A DNA stretch of 26,666 nt, taken from the NCBI GenBank assembly GCA_039801565.1, contig JBDRUX010000023.1, forward strand, positions 1 through 26,666, written 5' to 3'. Source of the DNA: a candidate division WOR-3 bacterium. Lineage in GTDB: Bacteria > Hydrothermota > Tepidihabitantia > Tepidihabitantales > JAOUPE01. Positions within the stretch are counted from its first letter, which is position 1; the number at the start of each line of letters is the position of its first letter. The position numbers and the translations under genes are program-made. Positions 6,601 to 16,227 of the stretch are shown one piece after another. Below the pieces are notes generated by a model. It ran no database searches, was not told the DNA's origin, and saw nothing but the letters and a program-made list of their open reading frames with translations.

Positions 6601-7839
6601 ATGAAGAACCTTTTGACCATCGGTTTGACTATGATGATGGCCATCGTTATTGGTTGTGCCAAAAAACCGATGATTCCCGCCACTGGCGAAGCAACATTGG
6701 TTGAAACCTATTCACCCGCCGAAGTGACGATTTTAGCCACCGGGGTTGGTTCAAATCTCAACGAAGCCGAAAAAGATGCCCGCTATCAAGCAGTAAATTT
6801 TGTGCTACTTGGTGGCACCGACCCATTGCTCCAAACACCGGAAGAGAAGACCAAATTCGAACTGGTTAAAAATCAAATTCTGGATAAGGATTCAGTCCGT
6901 AAGTTTATCAGTTATGAAGATGATAAATATCAAAAACGGGTCAAACTGCCCGACCGAAGGTTAAAAATCACTAAAATTATGCGCGTCAATAAACGGATGG
7001 TCGAAGAATTTTTAGTTGCCAAGGAAGTGATTAAATCGCGTGAGGCGATAAGTGAAGCGATTGGAACCCCATTTGTAATGGTAATTCCCCAAACCACAAA
7101 AGAACAAAGTCCAATTGATATTCTCAATTCTAATTTCTTATACAAAAAGGGTGCGCAAATTATTGAATCGTTTTTGACTGCCCGAAAGTACGATGTTCAG
7201 GTTCCTGACCAAACTGTGACGATTAATGAGTTAGTTGATGCTTTAGCCGAAAACCGCGAAATAAAAGAAGATATTTCTTATGCCTTAGCCTTGACCATTG
7301 GCTGTGACATTTATATCACCTTTACGGTTGATATAACCGAAGGCAGATATGGTACGAAGAAGGCATCGGTGGGGGTAAGGATTTACGAGGCGACCACCGC
7401 TCGGCTGTTAGGCACCGAGACCGGCTATAGCCCAGAGGTAGCAACCAGTTCGGACCAAGTTGTGATGGAAAGTGCCTTCAATGATTGTATGGACAAGGTT
7501 CTTTCCCGAATGACCGCCTATTGGAAAGACGACATTAAAAAGGGGATGCAATACAAACTGATTGTGAAATTTATCGGGTTCTACTCAAAAGAGAGGATTG
7601 AAGCGATTCAATTTGGTATTACCGACCTGGTGGCGAAAATCGCTAATAAGACGAAAGAGAATATCATCTCGGATAAGACGATTGATTTATTAGTTTGGGC
7701 AAAGGCTGACGAATACGAGAATGCCCGGAAAATCTATCAGACCTTGAAGAGTCAATTCGAAGCCCAGTTCCCAGATTATAAAATGAACCAAATCACTTTG
7801 AACCGCAAGTTGATTGTGGTGCAAGTGAAAGGAGTATAA
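6601..7839 (+). CDS. Lipoprotein, DUF6175-like
   Basis: 412 aa from ATG 6601 (AGGAGG SD); signal peptide MKNLLTIGLTMMMAIVIG-C; C-terminal P.VMVIP, LG.ETGYS and YWK.D...G.QYK resemble DUF6175. The longer ORF start at 6280 runs antisense over a tRNA and was rejected. Confidence 0.7.
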   Translation: MKNLLTIGLTMMMAIVIGCAKKPMIPATGEATLVETYSPAEVTILATGVGSNLNEAEKDARYQAVNFVLLGGTDPLLQTPEEKTKFELVKNQILDKDSVRKFISYEDDKYQKRVKLPDRRLKITKIMRVNKRMVEEFLVAKEVIKSREAISEAIGTPFVMVIPQTTKEQSPIDILNSNFLYKKGAQIIESFLTARKYDVQVPDQTVTINELVDALAENREIKEDISYALALTIGCDIYITFTVDITEGRYGTKKASVGVRIYEATTARLLGTETGYSPEVATSSDQVVMESAFNDCMDKVLSRMTAYWKDDIKKGMQYKLIVKFIGFYSKERIEAIQFGITDLVAKIANKTKENIISDKTIDLLVWAKADEYENARKIYQTLKSQFEAQFPDYKMNQITLNRKLIVVQVKGV

Positions 7840-8909
7840 TGGAGAATAAGAAGAAAGTTTTAAGCGCTGTTAGTTTTGTTCTTGCCGTTTGTCTAATTGG
7901 CTGTGGGGTGAGCCAAAAAGAGAAGCCGCGTTGGTTAAATCTCGCGCCCGGCTCTTTAGTCCTTACTGACCAGAATTATTTTGCAATTGTCTATCGTTCC
8001 GATGTCTCGTTCAATGACGCCATTGAAAAAGGTAAGAATGAACTGGCAGCTAAAGTTTATAACATAGTTCACGAATACTTGGCGCGACTTGCGATTCCGA
8101 TTGATGATGATGTGAGTTTTACCGTGCGTGATGCCTTAGCCAAAAAAATCAAAGAAACTGCCGATGCCTTGAAGTCATTTGTGGAACTGAAAGAAAAATT
8201 CCAACAAACAAGACCTAAAGCATTCTATGTTCTTGTAGGCATTGCCAGTGAGCAACTCTTCAGCCAGATTGCTAAGGTGCTTGAAGGTTTCTATGAACCG
8301 GATTATTTACTTAAAGTTTTGCAAGAGTCCGGGGATATCTATCGGGTGAAGGTTGAGACCAAATACGATTCCGAAATTACAGCAAAACTGGTGGAAAATG
8401 GCTTTTTGATTGATAACAACCGATATTATGCATCAGTTGTTGGTTCAGCAACAATTGTTTCCCAATCCTCTTTGAAGGCTTTATCCGGTCCTACTTGGTC
8501 AGTGAAAGGGCAGTATGTGATAACAATTAAAGGTAAGAAGGGTGATGTTTTGGGACGGTTTGCCGGCACGATTGGCACCGGTGTGGCGAATTCAAAACCC
8601 GAGGCATTAGATAAGGCAGTAGTCTCCAGTTCGGTTGATGTCACCAATTTTGCCCAATATATCCCAAGTATTAAAAGTTCGATCGAGGCTTATCTGAAAG
8701 AGCGAATTAACAAATTATTGAAACAATCGGATGAGCCAACTCGACTTAATTATGCTAATGCCTTGCAGTCGTTCGAAGCCAAAGATTACGAGAATACTAC
8801 GATTTATCTCGAACGCTGTAGCATCTTTTCCAAAGAATTTCCCCAGGCGATAATTCTTTATCTTCGAGTTAAAGGGAAATTAGGGAGCACGGCTCTTACA
8901 AATCTTTAG
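7839..8909 (+). CDS. Hypothetical lipoprotein
   Basis: 356 aa; lipobox-like LAVCLIG-C; TAATG overlap with the upstream gene; SD GGAG. Confidence 0.7.
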   Translation: MENKKKVLSAVSFVLAVCLIGCGVSQKEKPRWLNLAPGSLVLTDQNYFAIVYRSDVSFNDAIEKGKNELAAKVYNIVHEYLARLAIPIDDDVSFTVRDALAKKIKETADALKSFVELKEKFQQTRPKAFYVLVGIASEQLFSQIAKVLEGFYEPDYLLKVLQESGDIYRVKVETKYDSEITAKLVENGFLIDNNRYYASVVGSATIVSQSSLKALSGPTWSVKGQYVITIKGKKGDVLGRFAGTIGTGVANSKPEALDKAVVSSSVDVTNFAQYIPSIKSSIEAYLKERINKLLKQSDEPTRLNYANALQSFEAKDYENTTIYLERCSIFSKEFPQAIILYLRVKGKLGSTALTNL

Positions 8910-8958
8910 TAACGAGGCGGACTTAAAATTTTTTCTGCGGCAAATTCTTCTTTAGAAG

Positions 8959-9774
8959 ATAGGTTTTAGTATTTTTTCAAATCTCCATCCGGTTATTCAA
9001 ACACTAATTGCTACTTGCTTCACTTGGAGTTTGAATGCTATCGGAGCGGCATTAGTTTTTGCCACTAAACAAGTAAATCAAAAATTATTAGACGGGATGC
9101 TCGGTTTTGCGGCTGGGGTGATGATTGCCGCAAGTTTTTGGTCTTTGCTGGTGCCAGCCGTTGAGACGGCACAGGGCAAAAATTTGCCGGCTTGGCTACC
9201 AGTAACCATTGGTTTTGTTGCCGGTAGTTTATTTCTATGGATTGCCGACAAAATCGTTCCGCACCTTCATATTGATTTTCCAGTTGAAGAAGCCGAAGGG
9301 ATTAAAACTTCATTAAAGCGGAGTGTCTTGCTCGTTTTAGCGATAACATTACACAACATCCCCGAAGGTTTAGCGGTTGGGGTCGCCTTTGGTGCGGTGG
9401 GAGTTGGATTGCCGCCAGCCAGTTTGTCATCAGCCATCGCTTTGGCAATCGGTATTGGTATCCAAAATTTCCCCGAAGGTTTAGCAATTTCATTGCCATT
9501 GCGTCGGGAAGGGGTATCTTTGTTTAAAAGTTTTTGGTATGGGCAGCTTTCAGCCTTGGTGGAACCAATTGCTGGCGTTATCGGTGCTGCCACGGTAATT
9601 ACCGTTTTGCCAATTTTGCCCTATGCCCTCAGTTTTGCCGCTGGCGCAATGATTTTTGTCGTGGTCGAAGAATTAATTCCCGAATCCCAACGCGCCGGCA
9701 ATACCGATTTAGCAACCCTTGGGACAATGTTTGGCTTTGCCTTAATGACGTTACTGGATGTAGCATTTGCTTAA
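8959..9774 (+). CDS. ZIP family metal (zinc) transporter, ZupT/GufA-like; start uncertain
   Basis: LGFAAGVMIAASFWSLL, ITLHNIPEGLAVGV, GIQNFPEG, FAAGAM...ELIPE motifs. The frame stays open upstream of TTG 9031 to a TAG at 8953, encoding FSNLHPVIQTLIATCFTW. Confidence 0.85.
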   Translation: MGFSIFSNLHPVIQTLIATCFTWSLNAIGAALVFATKQVNQKLLDGMLGFAAGVMIAASFWSLLVPAVETAQGKNLPAWLPVTIGFVAGSLFLWIADKIVPHLHIDFPVEEAEGIKTSLKRSVLLVLAITLHNIPEGLAVGVAFGAVGVGLPPASLSSAIALAIGIGIQNFPEGLAISLPLRREGVSLFKSFWYGQLSALVEPIAGVIGAATVITVLPILPYALSFAAGAMIFVVVEELIPESQRAGNTDLATLGTMFGFALMTLLDVAFA

Positions 9775-9809
9775 CATCTTTTTATACCCACATCTACTCC
9801 GGCAACTGT

Positions 9810-9847
9810 TTTCCGTCATCCGTCCCACGGTCAACGGTTCACGGAAA
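9810..9847. terminator. Heptamer-built hairpin downstream of the ZIP gene, possible terminator or repeat
   Basis: TTT-CCGTCAT-CCGTCCC-ACGGTCA-ACGGTTC-ACGGAAA, about 35 nt after the stop. Confidence 0.4.
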
Positions 9848-10378
9848 TTCGACCTGCTAAACATCCGAGTAATTAATGGTATTACAACATCGCTTTTTGG
9901 ACGCTTTGTCTGTTCTGTTTTGGGTCATAATTTGCCTTTTAGTTCCCCTTTTTTAATATTTGATTGAACAAACGCTTATATCTCTCTTCCCTCAATTTAT
10001 TTCCGTAAATATACCCTATTGGGCTTCAGAGATGACTTGTTGGGAAATGAGTTGGGTAAGCCAGAGAACCGGTTAGGGAATAGGGTATTGTTGTAAGTGT
10101 TTGATTAATTGGAGTTTTGGCTTTAGGAATTACGAATTGAACTAATTGAAAAATCAGCAAATCGAGTGATAACAAGTTAAAGTAAAAAGTTGGCTTTGAA
10201 CCAAATTGAAAATTCAATTCAGCGGGCATCAGAATGATTGGCGTTAGAATTTGTGGCTCTTAGCCAATCCGAGATAGTTTGACCGCGAGATTGTCCAAAG
10301 ATTGTAACAAGAAATGTCACAGCCACCAGGGAGTCGTGCAGATTAATTCCTTATTAAAAAGTTCGCGATGGTTACATC

Positions 10379-11476
10379 TTAGCGTCTTGCCATCTCAAAG
10401 GCAGACTTAAATGCTCGAAATGCACGGTTGACATCAGAAATTTTTATTGCTCCCATATGTCCAATCCGAACAATTTTCCCTTTCAGTTCTGCTTGACCGT
10501 TGGCAAATAGTGTCTTATGTTTTTCTAAGGCGTAGGAAACAATTTTACTTCCGTCAATCCCTTCGGGCATTTTAATGACAGTAAGGGCATTGGAGGGATT
10601 TTCTGGCATAAATTCTAAGCCGAGGCTTTTGATTTTATTGCGCAAGGTTTCGGCGACCAATTTGTGTTTTTCCCAAGTCTTTTCGAGCCCGGTTTTTAAG
10701 ATTTTATCCAATGCGCAATTTAATGCAAAGAATAATGAAATTGCCGGGGTCCAAGGTGTCTGTCCCTTTTCGGCAAATTGCTTGTAGAGTTTTAAGTCAA
10801 AATAGTAGCGGGGGGTTCGACTCTTTTCCACAATTTCCCAGGCTCGTTCATTGATTGCAAGAAATGATAAGCCTGGCGGACAAAATAGAGCCTTTTGGGA
10901 AGCCCCGCAAACGACATCAACATTCCACTCGTCCATTTTGAATTTATCGGCGCCTAAACCAGCTACTGCATCAACAATTAGAATTCGATTATTCCGGCGA
11001 CAGATTTCGCCAAAGGCTTTAATATCCATTAAGACACCGGTTGAAGTTTCCGTTAAGGTCGTGAAGACTAAACGTGCCGCATCATCGGTTCGGAGCCGAC
11101 GTTCTAACTCTTCGGGCGGTACCGATTGACCATATGGTACCGATAAGAGGTCAACATAAGTGCCAAAGCGCAGGCAGATTTCATTCCACCTTTGACCAAA
11201 TTTGCCACAACTTGCCACCAAGACCCGGTCATGATAAGAGACCAAATTGACAACCGCAGCTTCCATTGCACCCGTTCCCGAACCAGCAAAAAAATAGACC
11301 GGCGCCTTGGTTTTAATGAGTTTTTTCATCTTATCACCGACCACTTGATGAAGTTTAGCAAAAGTTTGCTCGCGATGGTACACTAATGGTCTTGCCATTT
11401 CTTTAAGGATAAAATCAGGGACCTCAATTGGTCCTGGGGTAAAAAGAGTATATTTTGGCAGCATAGGGTTTCTCAT
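10379..11476 (-). CDS. Class V PLP-dependent aminotransferase (alanine/serine-glyoxylate family)
   Basis: LFTPGP, GSGTGAMEAA, GKFG.RW, ETSTG, VDAV, ASQKAL..PPG, RIGHMG motifs; start placed at 11476 (AAGGAG SD, ATGA overlap with thiC). Confidence 0.88.
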   Translation of the reverse strand: MRNPMLPKYTLFTPGPIEVPDFILKEMARPLVYHREQTFAKLHQVVGDKMKKLIKTKAPVYFFAGSGTGAMEAAVVNLVSYHDRVLVASCGKFGQRWNEICLRFGTYVDLLSVPYGQSVPPEELERRLRTDDAARLVFTTLTETSTGVLMDIKAFGEICRRNNRILIVDAVAGLGADKFKMDEWNVDVVCGASQKALFCPPGLSFLAINERAWEIVEKSRTPRYYFDLKLYKQFAEKGQTPWTPAISLFFALNCALDKILKTGLEKTWEKHKLVAETLRNKIKSLGLEFMPENPSNALTVIKMPEGIDGSKIVSYALEKHKTLFANGQAELKGKIVRIGHMGAIKISDVNRAFRAFKSAFEMARR

Positions 11477-12786
11477 CTCTCCTTTCTTAGTTTTGTTAAC
11501 ATTCGAATCGGATAGATATTGCGAAATCGCTTCATTGCACAAAATTCTCCACACATTGTGCAAGGTTCAAGTATCTTCACTTTATTCTTTTTAAGAATTG
11601 CTTGAGCAACTTTCGGGGCTAAACAGAATTGAATCATCTTCTGCCAGTTCATATTGGCACGGGCTTGCGAAAGTCTCCTGTCCAATTCTTTTGCCCGTTT
11701 TATCCCTTTCGCCACATCAGCAGCATGGGCAGCAATTTTTGCTGCCATTACTCCGTCGTAAACATCTTTAACGTTTGGTAAACCAAGATGTTCCGATGGT
11801 GTCACATAACAAAGAAAATCCGCACCATAATATGCTGCCAGCGCACCACCGATTGCTGAGGCGATATGGTCATAGCCACAACTGATATCGGTCACTAACG
11901 GACCAAGGACATAAAATGGTGCCCCCTCACAAATTACCTTTGCCAGAATTACATTCGCCTCAATTTGATTTAAAGGGATATGACCAGGACCTTCAACCAT
12001 CACCCCGACACCGGCATTTTTCGCCTTAGCGACCAATTCACCAATTGTCACAAGTTCGAGAATCTGTGGCTCGTCGGTGGCATCGTGTAATGAGCCCGGT
12101 CTTAAACCATCGCCTAAACTTAAGACCGCTCGGTATTCTTTTGCCATTGCTAAAATGTCATCAAAGTATTCATAATAGGGATTTTCGGCACGATTATACT
12201 TCATCCACTCAATAACTAATGAACCACCCCGACTCACTACCCCGGTCAATCGTTTAGCCCGCAATAACGATTTGACATGTTGTTTAGTAATACCACAATG
12301 AATAGTAACAAAATCAACGCCATCAGCCAAGTGCTGTTCGACTACTTGTAAGAGGTCTTTTGCTTTAAGTTCAACGAATGACTTCCGCCGCTTTTGGGCG
12401 GTTGCGGCCGCTTGGTAAATTGGTACCGAGCCAACAGGTACTGTAGCCGCTTCCAATATCGCCCGACGAATTTTATCCAAATCACCACCGGTTGATAAGT
12501 CCATAACCGTATCGGCACCTGCCTCAATTGCAACTTTGAGCTTTGCTAATTCAGTTTTTAAAGAGACTCGCAAAGGTGATGTGCCAATGTTGGCGTTAAC
12601 TTTAACCCTTAACGATTGGCCTATGGCTAATGGTCGAGTTGACCGAACCTTGGACCGCAAAATTACAATCTTATTATCTTTAATCCCTTGGATGAGACGC
12701 GAGAGCGAGATCCCCTCTTGAGCAGCAATTGACTTTAGTACTGAAATGTCAATCCGTTCTTGAGCGATACTAATTAAATTAGCCAT
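11473..12786 (-). CDS. thiC: Phosphomethylpyrimidine synthase ThiC (short form)
   Basis: KVNANIGTS, GADTVMDLSTGG, SRGGS, LSLGDGLRPG, MVEGPGH, GYDHI, CYVTPSEHL and C-terminal CTMCGEFC. Confidence 0.9.
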   Translation of the reverse strand: MANLISIAQERIDISVLKSIAAQEGISLSRLIQGIKDNKIVILRSKVRSTRPLAIGQSLRVKVNANIGTSPLRVSLKTELAKLKVAIEAGADTVMDLSTGGDLDKIRRAILEAATVPVGSVPIYQAAATAQKRRKSFVELKAKDLLQVVEQHLADGVDFVTIHCGITKQHVKSLLRAKRLTGVVSRGGSLVIEWMKYNRAENPYYEYFDDILAMAKEYRAVLSLGDGLRPGSLHDATDEPQILELVTIGELVAKAKNAGVGVMVEGPGHIPLNQIEANVILAKVICEGAPFYVLGPLVTDISCGYDHIASAIGGALAAYYGADFLCYVTPSEHLGLPNVKDVYDGVMAAKIAAHAADVAKGIKRAKELDRRLSQARANMNWQKMIQFCLAPKVAQAILKKNKVKILEPCTMCGEFCAMKRFRNIYPIRMLTKLRKER

Positions 12787-12791
12787 ACAAA

Positions 12792-13592
12792 TTAATCGTC
12801 AGCTTTAAAATCTTCCAAATAGCCGATTTCTTTCAATGGCAAGTAAAGTTCGATGTCTTCGTTAACTTTGACCAAAACCTTACGATTAAAGATGTCAATC
12901 CCCATAACCTTTCCGGCACCTTGCCGAGTGAATACCTTCGACCCAATCTGAGGAAAAGCGGTTAGGGCTTCGTTGTAAAGTTCCTCTTCAAATCTCAAAC
13001 AACAGCAAAGTTTACCACAATAGCCGGAAATCTTGTTCGGTTCGACAAAGAGATTTTGCTGGCGTGCCATCCGTAAATGAACCGGCTTAATTTCAACCAG
13101 AAAGGTTCGACAGCAAAGTTCATTGCCGCAAGGACCTAAACCACCGAAAAACTTGGCGTATTCTCGAACGCTGATGCATTTGATCGCGACTCGGCGGTGA
13201 AGAGCAGTGGCGACCGCTCGATGAAAGGCACGAAAATCCTGATGCAATTCGGTATAGACATAAAAACAGATTTTGCTTTTATCAAAACGATAATGGGCGT
13301 CAACCGGTTTTAACTTGAGGTCGAATTGGGCAAGCAGTTTGCCGAATACAGCCAAACTCCGCTTCGCTTCGGCTTTGAGGACTTCTGCCCGTTCGATATC
13401 TTCCGAAGTTGCCCGGCGGATGATAAAAACCTTGGTATCATTGCCCGTGTTGATATACTTTAATTTGCCAAACTCTTCACCTTCCAAGTCACGCACCACC
13501 ACGAATTCGCCAACGCGCAAGGTCTCAGTTTCTGGAATACTAAACCATTCCTGACGGAAGGGGTGGATGTCAACCAAACCGATCTTCCCCAT
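12792..13592 (-). CDS. ricT: PSP1 domain protein / RicT (YaaT)-like
   Basis: GGLGPCGNELCC, MARQQNL..P.KISG.CGKL.CCL.FE motifs. Confidence 0.85.
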   Translation of the reverse strand: MGKIGLVDIHPFRQEWFSIPETETLRVGEFVVVRDLEGEEFGKLKYINTGNDTKVFIIRRATSEDIERAEVLKAEAKRSLAVFGKLLAQFDLKLKPVDAHYRFDKSKICFYVYTELHQDFRAFHRAVATALHRRVAIKCISVREYAKFFGGLGPCGNELCCRTFLVEIKPVHLRMARQQNLFVEPNKISGYCGKLCCCLRFEEELYNEALTAFPQIGSKVFTRQGAGKVMGIDIFNRKVLVKVNEDIELYLPLKEIGYLEDFKADD

Positions 13593-14948
13593 CTATTCCC
13601 TTATCTCCTCAAGATTGACATATTTTTTCCAGTCAGGATGGTTAGTTTCGTTTGGCGAATTAGAATAGATTAACAAGAAATTACCGTTGCCATAAAGGTC
13701 AATAAAAATAAAGACGAGACCGGTTTTATGATAACGCCACTTCTGTTGCGGATTAGAATATTCGGTCATCGGCAAATCCTCAATTTCGTCCGGCGGTCCA
13801 TATTTTATATAGATCCTGCCCCGGTCGGTCTCATGCCCCGGTTTCTGGCCTAACGCAAAATGGAAATCAACATATTGAATCCGAGATAAAAACTCTGAAA
13901 AGTTGTGCCTGGCCCAGAATTGTTGTAAGAATTTTTCTTTGGCTAGTCCGGATAATTTTTTAAACTGACGTCTCTCTTTTTCGGTAGCAAGGAATTGAAT
14001 CATTTCATAATAGCGCCGCGTCGTAGCATTCATTGGTAGCCAATTCGTTGCCTTTTGCCCGGTGGGATAAGCGATTGAAAACCGTTTGGACCGATTAACT
14101 TCTTTTTGAGTTGTTAAATCGCGTAATCGGATAAATAGAAAATATGGTCCCGGATTTAATCCCTTAGTCGGTATGGCAAAAGTTAAGGAAACACTGGGAC
14201 CATCTTTCTTTCTTTTTTCGGCTGGAAAAATTTTTAAGGGCATTCGGTTCGAATCTAAAATGGCATAAGTAATCTCAAAGGGCAAAGTGTCGGGTTCCAT
14301 ATTATAAACTTCTAAGTAGACGTTGATTTGGTCGTACGCTAAACCGAATTGACCTGTTGGATTCGGAACGACCGTCAACCCACCTTTATTAAACTTGCCT
14401 TGCGAAATTGTGTCGGTTGTAATTTGTGCGGCAAGTTCAATATCACTCAGAGCCAACGAATCGGAATAGTCAATGATTGTTAAAGTGTCGGAATAAAATC
14501 CAATTCTTGCCAATGGGGAAAAAGCACTGGTATCCTTAAAACAGCTAACCGTGAAATTTATCCGGTATTGGCCAGGACGAGCATAAAAGTTCCTTTGGTC
14601 AACCATCGTTAAATCTCTGGCTTCGGCTTCTTTGAAGGAAGCGAGCGCGAATCGAAAAAAGGTTGAATCTGCGGCTGAGTCCGGACTGGTTAGACTGTGA
14701 ATCGAATAATCAACCCGCACCATCGCCAAGATAGTATCATTGATAATTTGATAAATTAGATCTCGATATGGCACCGAATAATAAAGCTCGACCAGGTTAA
14801 GATTTTTCGCATAACGGAAACTGGCATAATCAAGGGCTAAGGGATAACCAAATTGATAGATTAAGAATAGACCGAAACCAAATAAAAAAGAAACCCTGAA
14901 ACAAGTTCGGGGTTGCCTTCGTCGAATCAATCGCGGCAATTTTATCAT
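13593..14948 (-). CDS. GWxTD domain-containing protein
   Basis: N-terminal hydrophobic segment; C-terminal F..FW, RI.YV...F, GHETDRGRIYIKYGPPDEI, W.Y, FID..G.G.F.L. Confidence 0.8.
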   Translation of the reverse strand: MIKLPRLIRRRQPRTCFRVSFLFGFGLFLIYQFGYPLALDYASFRYAKNLNLVELYYSVPYRDLIYQIINDTILAMVRVDYSIHSLTSPDSAADSTFFRFALASFKEAEARDLTMVDQRNFYARPGQYRINFTVSCFKDTSAFSPLARIGFYSDTLTIIDYSDSLALSDIELAAQITTDTISQGKFNKGGLTVVPNPTGQFGLAYDQINVYLEVYNMEPDTLPFEITYAILDSNRMPLKIFPAEKRKKDGPSVSLTFAIPTKGLNPGPYFLFIRLRDLTTQKEVNRSKRFSIAYPTGQKATNWLPMNATTRRYYEMIQFLATEKERRQFKKLSGLAKEKFLQQFWARHNFSEFLSRIQYVDFHFALGQKPGHETDRGRIYIKYGPPDEIEDLPMTEYSNPQQKWRYHKTGLVFIFIDLYGNGNFLLIYSNSPNETNHPDWKKYVNLEEIRE

Positions 14949-16165
14949 TTCAAATATTCTTTGCCAACGGTGAGGATATATTCACCAAAACCCGAAACAT
15001 CAACAAAGACAAACCGGCAGTTTTGACTATAATAGTACCAAATCTCGTAAGGTTGACTTGATCGCTCAAACGGATTGGATTCGATTTGGTCAGGTGCACC
15101 AAATTTCATATAGACTTTGGCTCGGTCTGATTTATACCCCTTATCTGGTTTGCCAAAATGTTGTTTGCAATATTCGATTCGGTTAAAGTAATCGGTCATC
15201 GTCTCGTTTTCTTCGGTGGTTGGGGTGGGGTCTTTTTTTCGCCAAAATTCTTCCCAAAGTTTCTGGCGTTCGGTAGGCTGTGCCTTGCGCAGTTGTGCCA
15301 TTTCTTCCTCGGTGGCAATATAACACAATTCATCCACTTTAGCTAAATATTCCTTAGTTGAAAGATAAAATGGGGTTACGATGCTAATTTCGACATTTTT
15401 TTGTTCTCGGCTGGGCTGATGGCTGAGTTGCAAGCGATAAGTACCGTTCACCAGCTCGCTAAATCTTTCAAGGGGCAACTTAATTTGATATTCGCCAATC
15501 CAAATCCCATCGTTTTGGCGCAATTTGGTTGGTATTAAAGAGTAACTGGTTAATACGGAACGATTTTGGATAAAGTGAAGCGAACAAGGCGCAACTGCTG
15601 TTGAGTCAAACGCATAAGTTTCAAAATACCCTTCAATTGTATCGGTGGCGGTATAGGAACGGGCTGGATTCAAAATACCAGCTTTTTTTAACTTTAAATC
15701 ACTCAATTGAACCGGCAATGCCAAGGAGAATCTTATTTCTTTTCTTTTTGTCGAATTCATATCTTCAATCAAAAGCAAACCGTTTAACCGTTCACCATTT
15801 GGGAGTTTTGGCGCCCGACCGGTAATATTTAATTTAAGCTCCGCTACCGCAGCCAAAATTGTCTGTTTCGATTGGGAATAAGAATCAACTGGTACCATTT
15901 TTTCCCAGACCTCACCGGCAATTGGCTCACCTCGATTATCGTTAATCCGGACTGTTACTCGATAGCGACCGATGAATGTTTGTCCCACTTGTTCAAAAAT
16001 TAAGGTAGCGTAAGGAATTTTTAAATAAAATTCAAGAGAGTAGGAATCAACTGAATTTCGAAAAGCCGCAGCATCAAAGGTAAAGTCCAAATCACTTCCC
16101 TCCCGGGCTATAATTGCCACTGGAGTGGTTAAAAGTAATAGCGGCAGCAGATAGGTCAATATCAT
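14945..16165 (-). CDS. GWxTD domain-containing protein
   Basis: Signal peptide; FWRKKDPTPTTEENE...YFNRIEYC..HF....GYKSDRAKVYMKFGAPD...YEIWYY...FVFVD..GFGEY. Confidence 0.85.
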   Translation of the reverse strand: MILTYLLPLLLLTTPVAIIAREGSDLDFTFDAAAFRNSVDSYSLEFYLKIPYATLIFEQVGQTFIGRYRVTVRINDNRGEPIAGEVWEKMVPVDSYSQSKQTILAAVAELKLNITGRAPKLPNGERLNGLLLIEDMNSTKRKEIRFSLALPVQLSDLKLKKAGILNPARSYTATDTIEGYFETYAFDSTAVAPCSLHFIQNRSVLTSYSLIPTKLRQNDGIWIGEYQIKLPLERFSELVNGTYRLQLSHQPSREQKNVEISIVTPFYLSTKEYLAKVDELCYIATEEEMAQLRKAQPTERQKLWEEFWRKKDPTPTTEENETMTDYFNRIEYCKQHFGKPDKGYKSDRAKVYMKFGAPDQIESNPFERSSQPYEIWYYYSQNCRFVFVDVSGFGEYILTVGKEYLK

Positions 16166-16182
16166 TCTTTACCAATTTTATT

Positions 16183-16211
16183 AGTTTAATTTAATTTTAA
16201 CGAAAAGTCAA
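16183..16211 (-). promoter_or_regulatory. Promoter TTGACT-17-TAAACT upstream of the GWxTD operon
   Basis: Hexamers at 16211-16206 and 16188-16183. Confidence 0.5.
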
Positions 16212-16227
16212 TCGGTCGGTTTGGCAA

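Noticed and set aside
12787..12791. TPP riboswitch before thiC
   Set aside because: Only 5 nt are intergenic, and no TPP consensus was seen at the operon head.
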